DNA of 63,568 nt, filler included, from Octopus bimaculoides (taxonomy: Eukaryota): the NCBI RefSeq assembly GCF_001194135.2. It is 6 parts of 5 records of this genome, joined end to end, with 100 filler letters (N's around TTAATTAATTAA, not from the genome) between each part and the next. Parts side by side here need not be neighbours in the genome. Positions count along the whole stretch, not along the records: positions 1 to 21,899 come from NC_068988.1; positions 22,000 to 32,164 come from NC_068982.1; 4 more parts are not named here. One strand, given 5' to 3'. Positions 12,452 to 25,673 of the stretch are shown here, one piece after another (position 1 is the stretch's first letter; each line of letters starts with the position of its first letter). Under the pieces are notes generated by a model. It made no database searches. It saw only the letters and a list, made by a program, of their open reading frames with translations, and was not told where the DNA came from. A program made the position numbers and the translations under genes.

Positions 12452-12504
12452 TGGTGGTGTAGTGGAGATGGCGATGGTGAGTGCATAGTGAAAAGTAATT
12501 TTTA

Positions 12505-12980
12505 AAATTGAAATAAGTTTTTTACATCACCTATCACTTAACGCATGCGCATCCCAAACGTGTCATTCACTTTAGAAAGAAACCAGTTTCCCGTTCACCT
12601 GTCATATTCAATGACTATCAATAAATCACAAGGGCAAAAATTTGATAAAGTGGGACTGCTCTTGCCTGAACCTTTATTCGGCCATGGTCAGCTATATGTT
12701 ACTTTGTCAAGGGCTCGCAAATTATCTGATGTAAGAGTTAAAGTTATCAACACTGACAAACAAAGAAAAAGAAGAGGGAAAACTTACACGAAGAACATAG
12801 TCTGCAAAGAAGTATTGGATTGAAAGGTGTTTGCAAACTGAAGTGTGTATTGACTCTGACCCATCACCTTGACTTATTAGCTATTAACGACGTAGTTTTC
12901 AGAATATGCCATGCTGCATTAAATTTTTATCCCCGTGAAATTGCGAGCCCTAGGTAAACAAACTTTTTCAAACAGCTAGT
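12505..12980 (+). mobile_element. Helitron 3' fragment: Pif1-type helicase C-terminus of RepHel plus probable 3' terminus
   Basis: ORF 12545..12823 has QFPVHLSYSMTINKSQGQ (motif V), GHGQLYVTLSR (motif VI) and the terminal TKNIVCKEVL typical of Helitrons. An imperfect hairpin near 12932-12947 is followed by CTAG at 12950-12953 and CTAG|T at 12976-12980. Confidence 0.9.
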
Positions 12981-13611
12981 CGTGCTACTTCAGGCTGATG
13001 ACTAGCAAATACTCAGAAACATGTCCCTGAATGCAGGCTAAGCCGGGTGGAGGAGTTTGTATTCCTCTCGCAAAGATAAGGACACAGGAAATGTGTCAAG
13101 GCCTAATAGGAAGCGGTCCAGCTTCCTAGGGCTAAATAGCAGTAGTATATTCCNNNNNNNNNNGAAGCGGTCCAGCTTCCTAGGGCTAAATAGCAGTAGT
13201 ATATTCCCTTATTGGGACTGTCACGTTAAGTTGGCAGTATACAACTACTTTATAAAATGTTTGTTTTCTAGCTATATAATTGTAACCTTGTACATTTTTA
13301 AATTATTTTTTTTCTGTTTATGGCGAAAATGGAAAAATAAGAGTGAATATTTATTTTATGAGTGCTGTGTATCAAGTCTATAAAACTGTGCATAAAGTAT
13401 ATAAAGTACATATATAAAGTGTATTAAGTAATCAGCGCATTCCAGTTTCCTTCACTTTTCAATGAATAGTAAATGAGCGACTTTCTTTTGATAGACACAA
13501 CACAGGTTACGCTTTCAGGCTTTTTGGATTAAAATTTCAGGAATAACCCAAAGGTTTACTATTAATTCCGTGAAGTATTTATGGGTCCCGTTATTATATA
13601 TATATAATATT

Positions 13612-13820
13612 GGTTTCAAATTTTGGCACAAGGCCAGCAATTTCAGAGCAGGGGTAAGTCAATTACATCGACCTCAGTGATCAATTAGTACTTATTTTAT
13701 CGACCTCGAGAGGATGAATAGCGAAGCTGACCTCGGCGGAATTTGAACTCAGAACGTAAAGACGGGCGAAATGCCGGTAGACATTATGTCGGGTGCTAAC
13801 GATTCTGCCAGCTTGCCACC
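13612..13820 (-). mobile_element. SINE family A, full length
   Basis: Clear reverse-complement match to 3833-4045 from head to TTGTGCCAAAATTTGAAACC tail. Confidence 0.9.
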
Positions 13821-13883
<63 letters not shown>

Positions 13884-13893
13884 NNNNNNNNNN

Positions 13894-13945
<52 letters not shown>

Positions 13946-13994
13946 TTAAAATAAATGTTACATAGATACAACAAGAATATAATCGTGTCCAAAC

Positions 13995-14396
13995 TTTGGC
14001 AATGAAGTTTGCGTCTCAATATAAAGCTTTAGGATCAATGCCTCTGCTTGGCACATTGAACAAGTGTCTTCTACTATAGTCGCTGACCGATTAAAGCCTA
14101 CTGAGTGGATTTGGTGGATGGAAACTGAAAGAAGCCTATTGTATAATGTGTATATGTATCTGTGTGTTTGTGTGTGTGTTTTATGTTTGTCCCTCACCGC
14201 CGACTGACAATCGGTGTTGGTTTGTTTACGTTCTCGTAACGTAGCGGTTCGGCAGAAAGAAACCGGTAGAATAAGTAGTACGAGGCTTAAAATCTAAATA
14301 TTGGGGTCAATTTGTTCCAGTAAGCCTATCAAGGCGGTGCTCCAGCATGGCCGTCGCCCAATTACTGAAACAAGTAAAACATAAAATGTAAAAGAT
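13995..14396 (+). mobile_element. SINE family B (head/core + internal microsatellite + CR1-like tail)
   Basis: Core GAACAAGTGTCTTCTACTATAG...GGAAACTGAAAGAAGCC, a (TG) tract, then tail GGCGGTGCTCCAGCATGGCC...CTGAAACAAGTAAAA. Confidence 0.85.
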
Positions 14397-14703
14397 ATCA
14401 CACATCTAACCTTTCTGGGAAGAGTGGACGCCGTGTTTAGTCTCTTGTGGCTATAAGAGGAGTTTGACCAGTCTAGTTTCAGCATTTATTAATACCTCAT
14501 CAGAGAACGGTTACTGATTGCTCTCTATAGAAAGGATTGTATCTTACTCGGGTAGAACTCAAATGGTGTGTTTGAAGTGGGACACTGGTGAGTCGTTAGG
14601 AATACTTTGGATCATAGCGAATTATTAAAAATTTGATTTATACTAATACTTGAGTATGTTGAAACACATGGTTATTGAAAATTTTGTTATTTCGAAGTAT
14701 GTG

Positions 14704-15027
14704 AAAGCGGGTGGTTCAGTGGTTTGTGGTATTCGGCTCGCGATCATCAGTTCGTGAGTTCGATTCCCAGCGACATATTGTGTCTTTGAACGAGACACTT
14801 TGTTCCACGTTGCTCTAATCCACTCAGCTGGTAAAAAAATGAGTTGTACCTGTAATTTAAAAAAGCCAGCATTGTCACATTCTGTCTCACGCTGAATCTC
14901 ACTGAAAGCTACGTCAAAGGTACGCGTGCCTCTTGAGTGCTCAACTACTTGGACGTTAATTTCACGAGCAGGCTGTTCCGTTGATCGGATCAATTGGAAC
15001 ACACGTCGCCGTAACCGACGGAGCCCT
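14704..15027 (+). mobile_element. Mosaic SINE: type H head/core joined to family C 3' module
   Basis: 5' part matches 226-370; from about 14846 it matches 44048-44225 (GTACCTGTAATT...CACGAGCAGGCTGTTCCGTTGATCGGATCAA). Confidence 0.85.
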
Positions 15028-15274
15028 AGTTGTATTCCCAAGTATGATTAATAAAACAATCTATATAAGAGTTTTCTCTGATTTAAAAAAAAAAATTATT
15101 TCATGTTACTTTGCTAAATGTTTCAACTTCAAAGTAGTTTGTTTTAAACTTTCCATGTGAAGTGCATCTGAATCAGTAATTTTAAAATTGTGCCAGCAAA
15201 TGTTTAGCTTTTGCTTGAACTCCAGTGTGTTAGGAAATGTAAAAAATAAGAATAAAAATGGCTGCGTACCACTG

Positions 15275-15305
<31 letters not shown>

Positions 15306-15367
15306 TGTATGTATTTATGTAGATCGGAAGAGCGTCGNNNNNNNNNNNNNNNNNNNNNNNNNNNNNN

Positions 15368-15408
<41 letters not shown>

Positions 15409-16214
15409 ACCATATAAAGCCTGCTGCAAAGGAGAAGTGCAGTTGATCAAATGAAGTACACCACTACTATTTATTTGATCAACTATAAAACGTTGAGCAG
15501 AAACATCAACTCCAAAGGGATTTGAACTCTGCTAGTTGAGAAATTATACGAAATCCTAAAGGACGCTTTCACCAACAATAACAGACACGCCTCTATTATT
15601 TCTGTACATAAGGAAAAGCTTGTCATATATATATGAATTAATTTGGTCTATATATTTATGTATGTAGATTAAACAAGCAAAATATAAAAAGAAGATGTAT
15701 ACAGATGACAGTACACACAACGAACGTTCTTCTCGAGTTGTATTCCTCTTCCCTCTGTACAATTTCGTTAAAAAAATATAGTTGTTTTCCTAGCTTTACT
15801 ATAGTAATATATTCCGTGTTATGATTATCGTCTGCTTATTCTACAAGTATATTTTCTCTCCTTCATCATTCAGTAAAGCACCACAGCATAACATTTTGCC
15901 GTCTTTCAACAGTAGTACCCCGTACCATGCAAGATTGTACCGACGGAGATTTGGGAGATAACGAAGATCTATGCAATGTTTTTAAATCCACCGGATGCAT
16001 TTCATCAACAAGGTTTCTCGAGAGGCAAAAGCCATCATGTATACGACACGTTCTCATTTTGTTCCATACATACATACATACATACATACACACATATATA
16101 TGTATATATTACACATACATTATATATATATGATATGCATATATATATATATTATATATATATATTGTATATATGATATATATATTATATATACATTATA
16201 TATACGATATATAC

Positions 16215-16261
<47 letters not shown>

Positions 16262-17415
16262 TACAAATCATGCAGGTCCCTATTTTTTCTCTTTTTTCTT
16301 TTCTTTCGGTTTCGACAATTTATTTACATTTGTTCAAACATCATGGCGTAAGTAATTTTAGTAAATTCTAGGATATTATTTCGCTTCATTAGGCACGTCT
16401 TCTACCTTTATATATATATATATATATANNNNNNNNNNNNNNNNNNNNNNNNNNNNNNNNNNNNNNNNNNNNNNNNNNNNNNNNNNNNNNNNNNNNNNNN
16501 NNNNNNNNNNNNNNNNNNNNNNNNNNNNNNNNNNNNNNNNNNNNNNNNNNNNNNNNNNNNNNNNNNNNNNNNNNNNNNNNNNNNNNNNNNNNNNNNNNNN
16601 NNNNNNNNNNNNNNNNNNNNNNNNNNNNNNNNNNNNNNNNNNNNNNNNNNNNNNNNNNNNNNNNNNNNNNNNNNNNNNNNNNNNNNNNNNNNNNNNNNNN
16701 NNNNNNNNNNNNNNNNNNNNNNNNNNNNNNNNNNNNNNNNNNNNNNNNNNNNNNNNNNNNNNNNNNNNNNNNNNNNNNNNNNNNNNNNNNNNNNNNNNNN
16801 NNNNNNNNNNNNNNNNNNNNNNNNNNNNNNNNNNNNNNNNNNNNNNNNNNNNNNNNNNNNNNNNNNNNNNNNNNNNNNNNNNNNNNNNNNNNNNNNNNNN
16901 NNNNNNNNNNNNNNNNNNNNNNNNNNNNNNNNNNNNNNNNNNNNNNNNNNNNNNNNNNNNNNNNNNNNNNNNNNNNNNNNNNNNNNNNNNNNNNNNNNNN
17001 NNNNNNNNNNNNNNNNNNNNNNNNNNNNNNNNNNNNNNNNNNNNNNNNNNNNNNNNNNNNNNNNNNNNNNNNNNNNNNNNNNNNNNNNNNNNNNNNNNNN
17101 NNNNNNNNNNNNNNNNNNNNNNNNNNNNNNNNNNNNNNNNNNNNNNNNNNNNNNNNNNNNNNNNNNNNNNNNNNNNNNNNNNNNNNNNNNNNNNNNNNNN
17201 NNNNNNNNNNNNNNNNNNNNNNNNNNNNNNNNNNNNNNNNNNNNNNNNNNNNNNNNNNNNNNNNNNNNNNNNNNNNNNNNNNNNNNNNNNNNNNNNNNNN
17301 NNNNNNNNNNNNNNNNNNNNNNNNNNNNNNNNNNNNNNNNNNNNNNNNNNNNNNNNNNNNNNNNNNNNNNNNNNNNNNNNNNNNNNNNNNNNNNNNNNNN
17401 NNNNNNNNNNNNNNN

Positions 17416-17463
<48 letters not shown>

Positions 17464-17829
17464 GTCTGAGTGTGTAGGTGTGCGTGTGTATGTATTTGTT
17501 TGTCTATGTGTGTTTCTTTGTAAAAGGAAAACCTCAAAGTTGTAAAAAAGAAAAAAATCTGACCACCATTTCAAAAAGGAAAAAAAAACCCAGTGTTACT
17601 CTACTACGTTATAATACACCCATAGACTATCATATATTTATTTATTAAACCTGAAAACTTACTCGCCCCACCTTTATCTATCAGTTTCTTACTCTGTCGT
17701 CCGATTCAACATCACCTCCTCGTAATTGAGTGTCTCGGGTCACGTTTACTTTGTTGCAAGCATTGCAGCCAAGGGCCCCAAGTTATGGGTAACTCCCCCG
17801 CAGCCTCCTACCTGTCCGGAAACTCAGAA

Positions 17830-17992
17830 AAACTAAGTGTTATAGCCGTTGCCCTTCCTTACCTGACTAAACGGTAAGAACACGGAACCCATCGAATTGT
17901 TATTGAGCTTCCTCATTCTAAGGAATCATTCTTCTTCCTCTTTTCTTACCTTTATTTCTTCCTTCCTTCCCTCCTCTCATCTCACGTTTGTT

Positions 17993-18040
<48 letters not shown>

Positions 18041-18845
18041 TTCTAACACTGTGTGTTAATCCACTTTCGTTCTCTGTAGGTGTGGAAAAAGAATCACTTA
18101 AACCACTAACCCAACTCTCATTCCACCTCCGCATTCGTTTCTGTTTTCTATTTTCTACTATTTTCTACTTATTATTTATTTATTCATTGTTTTATTGTTG
18201 GTTTTCATTGTTTTATTTTTCTGTGTCATCGTCGTGATCGCCGTTGTCGTCATCACTATACTCTGAGTGGACCGACCTAACGTCCTTGAAACGAATTAGG
18301 GACTCCACGAAGAACCAGGACACTTTCTCTCTCTCTTTCTTTCTCTCTCTCTCTCTCTATCTCCCTCTCCCTCTCTCTATCTCTATCTCTCTGTCACACA
18401 CACGCACACACTTTCACTCACATCTGGCTCTTCTCACAAGCTATAATACAATATTTAATCCCTTTTTTTTTTTCAGTTGTATGAATATAAAGTCTTTGTT
18501 TTGTATGTATTTATGTATTTATGTACGTGTATTTCTTTTTTATTGTTCTTGTTATAGCTATTGTTGTTTTCGAGCCAACTCATTGTTTCTTACTTCTCTC
18601 CTCCCGCACCTCTGTCTCTCTCTCCCACTCTCTAATGTAGTCACGGTGATGTAATATCAAGAACTCAAGGACACATGAGATAGATATAGGTAAAATTCTT
18701 TCAGGTGCCACAGGTGTTTCTGAGTTTGTGGGTTTTAAAATGTGTGCATGTGTGTGTGTGTATACATAAATTACACACACACATACAAATATATATAGAC
18801 ATGTGTATGTATTTATGCACGAATATATATGCATATGTGTGTGTA

Positions 18846-18910
<65 letters not shown>

Positions 18911-19183
18911 GTAAATATATATATATATATATATTTACATATATATATTCATACATATATGTATGCTTATATATATACATATATATATGCATATATATAT
19001 ACGCACATATATATATATACATATATATATACATATACATATATACATATATATATGTATACATATATATACACATATATGTACTTATATATATATATAT
19101 TTATATATACATACACATACATATACATGCATACATATATATACGTACATAGACACAAATACGTGCATATACACACGCACACC

Positions 19184-19282
<99 letters not shown>

Positions 19283-20169
19283 ATGTATATGAAATAAACG
19301 TGGATTATAACTAAGTGTTTTATTGCGTTCTATTTCTTCGTTTGATGAGTTTTAAGGAGTCATGAGAACTGAAGCTTTATACAGGGAAACTTCCCAGGTG
19401 TCAAGACCCCTGAATACGTAGATTATTGCGAGATAAAAAGAAAACATTAGTTTCATGGTTCTATTGACATTCGAAATCTCTTCGGTATGCGGTCATAAAT
19501 GAAATTTATATATTCCGCCATTGTTTAAAATACAAGTGTTTTGATGCTCTTTTATAAATTGTGTTACTACTACTAGGTCATGGGCACTTCAATCCCTCAG
19601 TGACTAAATTTAAAAAATGAAAACTGAAAACTAAAGGACAGAAGTTATATTTATCTAACAGGTGATTTAATTTGAGATCGTGTGTTGAAACTGAAGCTAA
19701 TGTGGCATAGGAGGGTCAATTTAGCTAAGGCACGCAAAATTTATTAACTTTATTTTTCATATATCATGTATGCCGGTATATAAGCCGATTGTGTATATAG
19801 GACGACCTCAGAACTTTAAAAAAAAATTTCTTATACGCGTTGTATAAGGCTACCAGACAATATTTCTCCCTTGATGTAGTAGTTGGTAAGTGCGGGAGTC
19901 AGACTTCAACGCCTCTTTGACTGTTGCAATATGTTCTCATCGCCGAGTATTTTTATTTGAAGCTTGCTTTAATATACGTCAATAAAAATGTTTAAAAAGG
20001 CATAAACTAAGTGTTAAAGCCGTTGCCCTTCCTTGCCTGACTAAACGGTAAAAAGAAATCACGTCTTTGATTTAGTCCTTTATAAAGAACACGGAACCCA
20101 TCGAATTTTTATTCAGCTTCCTCATTCTAAGGAATCATTGTTCTTCCTCTTTTCCTACCTTTATTTCTT
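17830..20169 (+). repeat. Dispersed direct duplication (17830-17960 and 20004-20169)
   Basis: AAACTAAGTGTT...CTTCCTCATTCTAAGGAATCATT... is near-identical in both copies; the second carries an extra 35 nt (20050-20084). Confidence 0.9.
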
Positions 20170-21211
20170 ACTTATTTCCCATCTCTCGAAGTTTCTAAAA
20201 AATAAAAATATTATAANNNNNNNNNNNNNNNNNNNNNNNNNNNNNNNNNNNNNNNNNNNNNNNNNNNNNNNNNNNNNNNNNNNNNNNNNNNNNNNNNNNN
20301 NNNNNNNNNNNNNNNNNNNNNNNNNNNNNNNNNNNNNNNNNNNNNNNNNNNNNNNNNNNNNNNNNNNNNNNNNNNNNNNNNNNNNNNNNNNNNNNNNNNN
20401 NNNNNNNNNNNNNNNNNNNNNNNNNNNNNNNNNNNNNNNNNNNNNNNNNNNNNNNNNNNNNNNNNNNNNNNNNNNNNNNNNNNNNNNNNNNNNNNNNNNN
20501 NNNNNNNNNNNNNNNNNNNNNNNNNNNNNNNNNNNNNNNNNNNNNNNNNNNNNNNNNNNNNNNNNNNNNNNNNNNNNNNNNNNNNNNNNNNNNNNNNNNN
20601 NNNNNNNNNNNNNNNNNNNNNNNNNNNNNNNNNNNNNNNNNNNNNNNNNNNNNNNNNNNNNNNNNNNNNNNNNNNNNNNNNNNNNNNNNNNNNNNNNNNN
20701 NNNNNNNNNNNNNNNNNNNNNNNNNNNNNNNNNNNNNNNNNNNNNNNNNNNNNNNNNNNNNNNNNNNNNNNNNNNNNNNNNNNNNNNNNNNNNNNNNNNN
20801 NNNNNNNNNNNNNNNNNNNNNNNNNNNNNNNNNNNNNNNNNNNNNNNNNNNNNNNNNNNNNNNNNNNNNNNNNNNNNNNNNNNNNNNNNNNNNNNNNNNN
20901 NNNNNNNNNNNNNNNNNNNNNNNNNNNNNNNNNNNNNNNNNNNNNNNNNNNNNNNNNNNNNNNNNNNNNNNNNNNNNNNNNNNNNNNNNNNNNNNNNNNN
21001 NNNNNNNNNNNNNNNNNNNNNNNNNNNNNNNNNNNNNNNNNNNNNNNNNNNNNNNNNNNNNNNNNNNNNNNNNNNNNNNNNNNNNNAATACCTCCAACTT
21101 CGCGAAGGCGGAGGTAATAATGTGATATTTATGAATTTAAAAGCTTTAACTTTGACTACAGCATCAGCAAGGAATTGAAAGTATGTGGTAAAGTTCTATC
21201 ATCGTCGTCAT

Positions 21212-21242
<31 letters not shown>

Positions 21243-21736
21243 CCATCATTACCACCACCACCATCACCACTACTACCACTACTGGTGTCCATCGGCCTCG
21301 AAGATGTCTACCTATACATATAGTCACAAGTCGTAGTGTCCAGCAATAAATTACTCCGTCCTTTAAGGTGCACTGGTTAACATATTAATCCTACCGCCAC
21401 ACTTCTTTTTAATCGAAAAATAGATGCTGATGCAGTTAACTTTGCTTTTATTTTATATTTATTTAAGAAGTTGAAACCGTACATTACTTACATTCTTTCC
21501 TCTATGTTCTTGGGTTCAAATCTAAACTTGGATCGTTTCAAATTTCTCATTTCACGGAAGTAGGAGTGTTAACATGCTAAACTATTTCTAATATTGATAT
21601 CGAGTTCATCGTCGAGATAACGTTAACATCCGTCAACTATTGAATCTTATGGATTCGCAAATTACATCGCTTTCATATAGTGTATCTTGGTGGGTGGGTC
21701 GTTGGGTAAGGGCTATTATTATTTAATCTCATGTAA

Positions 21737-21899
21737 GTCGGCGAGCACGCAGGGCAAAATGCTTAGCGGTATTTCGTCTGCCGCTACGTTCTTAGTTCAA
21801 ATTCCACCGAGGTCAACTTTGCCTTTCATCCTTTCGGGGTCGATAAATTAAGTACCAGTTACGCACTGGGGTCGATGTAATCGACTTAATCCATTCGTC
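21737..21899 (+). mobile_element. SINE family A with 16-nt head deletion, ends at gap
   Basis: GGCGAGC|ACGCAGGGCAAAATGCTTAG...TTTCATCCTTTCGGGGTCGATAAATTAAGTACC. Confidence 0.9.
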
Positions 21900-21943
21900 N
21901 NNNNNNNNNNNNNNNNNNNNNNNNNNNNNNNNNNNNNNNNNNN

Positions 21944-21955
21944 TTAATTAATTAA
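21944..21955. other. Assembly spacer TTAATTAATTAA inside N runs (also 32209-32220, 43146-43157, 52051-52062, 60491-60502)
   Basis: Identical 12-mer with stops in all six frames, always centred between about 44 Ns on each side. Confidence 0.95.
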
Positions 21956-22993
21956 NNNNNNNNNNNNNNNNNNNNNNNNNNNNNNNNNNNNNNNNNNNNT
22001 TAAAATAAAAATTAAATAATAAGAATCAAATAAATCAAAGGCATTTTACAAGTTGGCGGGTGATTAATGAATAATTAGTTTGTAACTATAAAAAGCCACT
22101 TCTAGTGCACAAATTATTAATTATTATTATAAGTGATTGAATTACTCACATAAGCGTTTACAAGCTTACGCCCAAATATACAGAAACAAACGTAAGCAGA
22201 ACATATTGACGTCTCACTTTGAGAAGAAGAGAATATGCTAGAAGTACCAAGGATTATTTATCATTGTAAATATACAGAATTATCTAATCAAGGTAAGATG
22301 AAATGAAAAAAAAAACTAACCATAAACATTGAAAATATTGTAATTTTGTACATATGTTTACACGATAAAATATGCTGTTTTGAAACGTGAATGGAATGCA
22401 GTGGATGAAATAAATTATTATTGTTTTTAAATATATTTATTTTTTAAACTAATTTTAAAATGAGGCAGACAATTTAAGATGAATATGATGAACATTTTAA
22501 TGTTATACAAAGACATAGTTTTATGAAGCTTCATAATGAAAAAGTAGGACGTAGAAGGATGGCATAACAATCACGTCGTTCTTCTACGGTCGTCAACACA
22601 GCGAGTTGAACCGCATTCAGTTTGTGATTTAAAAAAAAAAGACAAAAAAAAAGAAAACAAATAATGAACTCGGTTCACTGAAAACTAATCAAAACGTAAA
22701 ATGCTACAAATCGAACGCTTTATTTTATGTACAGAACTCTGAGGTATTGTTATTTCGCCATGATTATGTCTTCTCAGCCAGCGCTAACTCCAGATCTCTG
22801 AACCTAACCAAGAATGGTAATTCCATTTTTATCAAATTCAGCAAATTAATTATTCGCTGACGATTGCTAATGTCTATCAAGGAGTATTGAATTATTATCA
22901 GCGGGCAAAACAATGAGGGGGGAAAAAATGACACATCTATTCATTCTTAACGGTCAAATTCCCTTCAGATGGCTATTCAGTGGCTATTCTTAC

Positions 22994-23041
22994 CTGGTGT
23001 CCCCAGGCCTCTGAATATCCCTAAAGTTAGTACTGGGTCTC
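22994..23041 (-). CDS. Possible 48-nt internal micro-exon (phase 2-2 reading RPSTNFRDIQRPGDT); alternative acceptor at 23046
   Basis: Strong donor CAG|GTAAGA; acceptor CTAATTTCGAACACAGTACAG| with a weak pyrimidine tract; open frame. No homology recognised. Confidence 0.2.
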
Positions 23042-23164
23042 CTGTACTGTGTTCGAAATTAGCTTAAAATGCGTAATTTGGTTACATATAACTATTCAGT
23101 TACATACATATTTCAACTAACAGGTAAAACTGGGAAAATGGCATCGTTGTTAGCTAATAAAATC

Positions 23165-23265
23165 AATTTAGTGAGCAGAAATCTTTCAAAAGCCTGGGAG
23201 TCTGTGGAGAACGACGTCTCCTTTCATACAGATGATACCTCTTTTTACACAACTTCCAGTTCACA
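23165..23265 (+). mobile_element. Possible collapsed non-LTR RT remnant
   Basis: NLSKAWESV (like DLSKAFD.V) lies directly beside FHTDDTSFY (like YADDT.L), with the intervening domains missing. Confidence 0.3.
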
Positions 23266-23478
23266 AGTGTCGTCAGCACACACGCCAAATCTACGCTAAA
23301 TCTTCGTAAACATTTCCTAATGAGACAGTTTATAGTAATTATTCAACAGCACGCAATGGCGTAACCAGGGTCTAAAGTCAGAGGGAGCGAGCACATAAAA
23401 AAAGGCGCTGTGACACATACCAAACAATTTTAAACTCATTTCTCTTATATTACGCGAAATATTTCATTATTTATAATA

Positions 23479-23996
23479 CAAGGTTGAGAAAAAAGTTCGT
23501 GCGCCGTGTTAAAATAATTATTTTTTATGCAAGAAATTCAAAAACAAGAACAACTATTCTTCAAAATAAAGACCATCGTTTTCCACGACCTTCTGCCAAA
23601 AATCTGCAAGCTTTCGGATTTGGTCAAAGTACCAATCCTTCGGCTTTGAATCGAAAAATTCTTGACAGGCTTCTTCAACTTCATCGAATGACTCAAATCT
23701 GCAACCTTTCATCAAGTGCTGCATTGATCGGAAGAGACCGTAGACAGATGGAGCAACGCCTGGGCTATAGGTTGGATGCGGCAGAACTTCCATACCGACT
23801 AATTCTTCAATCTTGTTGCTGGTCTTTCTGGCAGTATGCGGCTTTGCATTGTCTTGTAGAAACAAAGCGCGTTTTCGACGAACAAGCCTTGGGTACTTTT
23901 CAACCAGAGTCGGTCAAGTTGCTCGCAGTAAAGTTCAGCGTTGATTGTGCGACCATTCGGCACAAGTTCGGCGCACAAACTTTTTCCTCAACCTAA
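23479..23996 (-). mobile_element. Internally deleted mariner element with both TIRs
   Basis: TIRs CAAGGTTGAGAAAAAAGTTCGTGCGCCG / CGGCGCACAAACTTTTTCCTCAACCTAA, TA on both sides. ORF 23554..23865 has LQDNAKPH and HPTYSPGVAPSVY (YSPDLAPSDY with both Asp lost). The 5' TIR is fused directly to mid-catalytic-domain sequence (ELVPNGRTINAELYCEQLDRL). Confidence 0.95.
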
Positions 23997-25673
23997 TATA
24001 CGTATTTTTGCATTCTACATTCATTAATTTCATGTTTCAGCAACAATGTCTTGATGCATAAAACTTACAGCTACTGATATAAGTAACTAAAAAGGTTTAA
24101 AACGATGTTGAAAGGCGCCAATTTTGAAAAATGTGTTCGGGGTAACAGTCGCTCTCCTTGCTCCCCTAGTCGCTAAGTCACTGCAAGTATATAGTCTTTA
24201 CACGTAACTAGGAAGCTCCTCTGGTAATGAACAACACCCATCTAAAATCCTCAAAGTGTCTTTAAATACTAAGATTTACACCACAAGCGCTAGCAGTCTC
24301 TCTAGTTGATCTCACTCACATCCACAATACATGCATGCAGTTTTGACTATGTTGCCAAAGATTGGCCCTCCACTTTAGATCCCAAATATATTTCTGATCC
24401 CACAATTGCTGATACTGTATAAAACTTAAATGGGACCCACATTGCAATATTACTCGCATATTTGGAGTGGATGCTGTTGCAGCTGATGTTGTTGCTAATT
24501 CTGGTTATGTTGTCTTTCAACCCCATCCTTTTACCGCTGCAACAATGGCCCCTGATCCATGGGTTGGTCTCATTTCAAACCTTCACCACTCAGACATATG
24601 CGAGTCACTCGTGTTTATTCCTCATCTTGTCACCTGTAATCACTCTCACTCGAGGCTCAGCACCAACCCNNNNNNNNNNNNNNNNNNNNNNNNNNNNNNN
24701 NNNNNNNNNNNNNNNNNNNNNNNNNNNNNNNNNNNNNNNNNNNNNNNNNNNNNNNNNNNNNNNNNNNNNNNNNNNNNNNNNNNNNNNNNNNNNNNNNNNN
24801 NNNNNNNNNNNNNNNNNNNNNNNNNNNNNNNNNNNNNNNNNNNNNNNNNNNNNNNNNNNNNNNNNNNNNNNNNNNNNNNNNNNNNNNNNNNNNNNNNNNN
24901 NNNNNNNNNNNNNNNNNNNNNNNNNNNNNNNNNNNNNNNNNNNNNNNNNNNNNNNNNNNNNNNNNNNNNNNNNNNNNNNNNNNNNNNNNNNNNNNNNNNN
25001 NNNNNNNNNNNNNNNNNNNNNNNNNNNNNNNNNNNNNNNNNNNNNNNNNNNNNNNNNNNNNNNNNNNNNNNNNNNNNNNNNNNNNNNNNNNNNNNNNNNN
25101 NNNNNNNNNNNNNNNNNNNNNNNNNNNNNNNNNNNNNNNNNNNNNNNNNNNNNNNNNNNNNNNNNNNNNNNNNNNNNNNNNNNNNNNNNNNNNNNNNNNN
25201 NNNNNNNNNNNNNNNNNNNNNNNNNNNNNNNNNNNNNNNNNNNNNNNNNNNNNNNNNNNNNNNNNNNNNNNNNNNNNNNNNNNNNNNNNNNNNNNNNNNN
25301 NNNNNNNNNNNNNNNNNNNNNNNNNNNNNNNNNNNNNNNNNNNNNNNNNNNNNNNNNNNNNNNNNNNNNNNNNNNNNNNNNNNNNNNNNNNNNNNNNNNN
25401 NNNNNNNNNNNNNNNNNNNNNNNNNNNNNNNNNNNNNNNNNNNNNNNNNNNNNNNNNNNNNNNNNNNNNNNNNNNNNNNNNNNNNNNNNNNNNNNNNNNN
25501 NNNNNNNNNNNNNNNNNNNNNNNNNNNNNNNNNNNNNNNNNNNNNNNNNNNNTTCCACCTTCAATGACGTAAGTTTACAAGCAACTGCGTCACCACTGAC
25601 CTTGATTAGGTCATTGATCATGGATAGCGATCGATTCTCAAATGACCACTTGACTGATGGTGGGGATAATCAT

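Noticed and set aside
16389-17574. Long ORFs of 200-430 aa in the track (also about 9041-10287, 20138, 24462, 28207, 33254, 44919, 47024, 53197, 54972, 56722)
   Set aside because: They are open only because they run through Ns.
21944-21955. TTAATTAATTAA recurring about every 8-11 kb as a possible periodic signal
   Set aside because: It is always isolated inside N runs of fixed size, so it is an assembler spacer, not genomic sequence.
24462-24669. Hydrophobic ORF start MLLQLMLLLILVML as a signal peptide
   Set aside because: Derived from GTT/GCT-rich sequence, runs into a gap, and the region may be an antisense LINE remnant.
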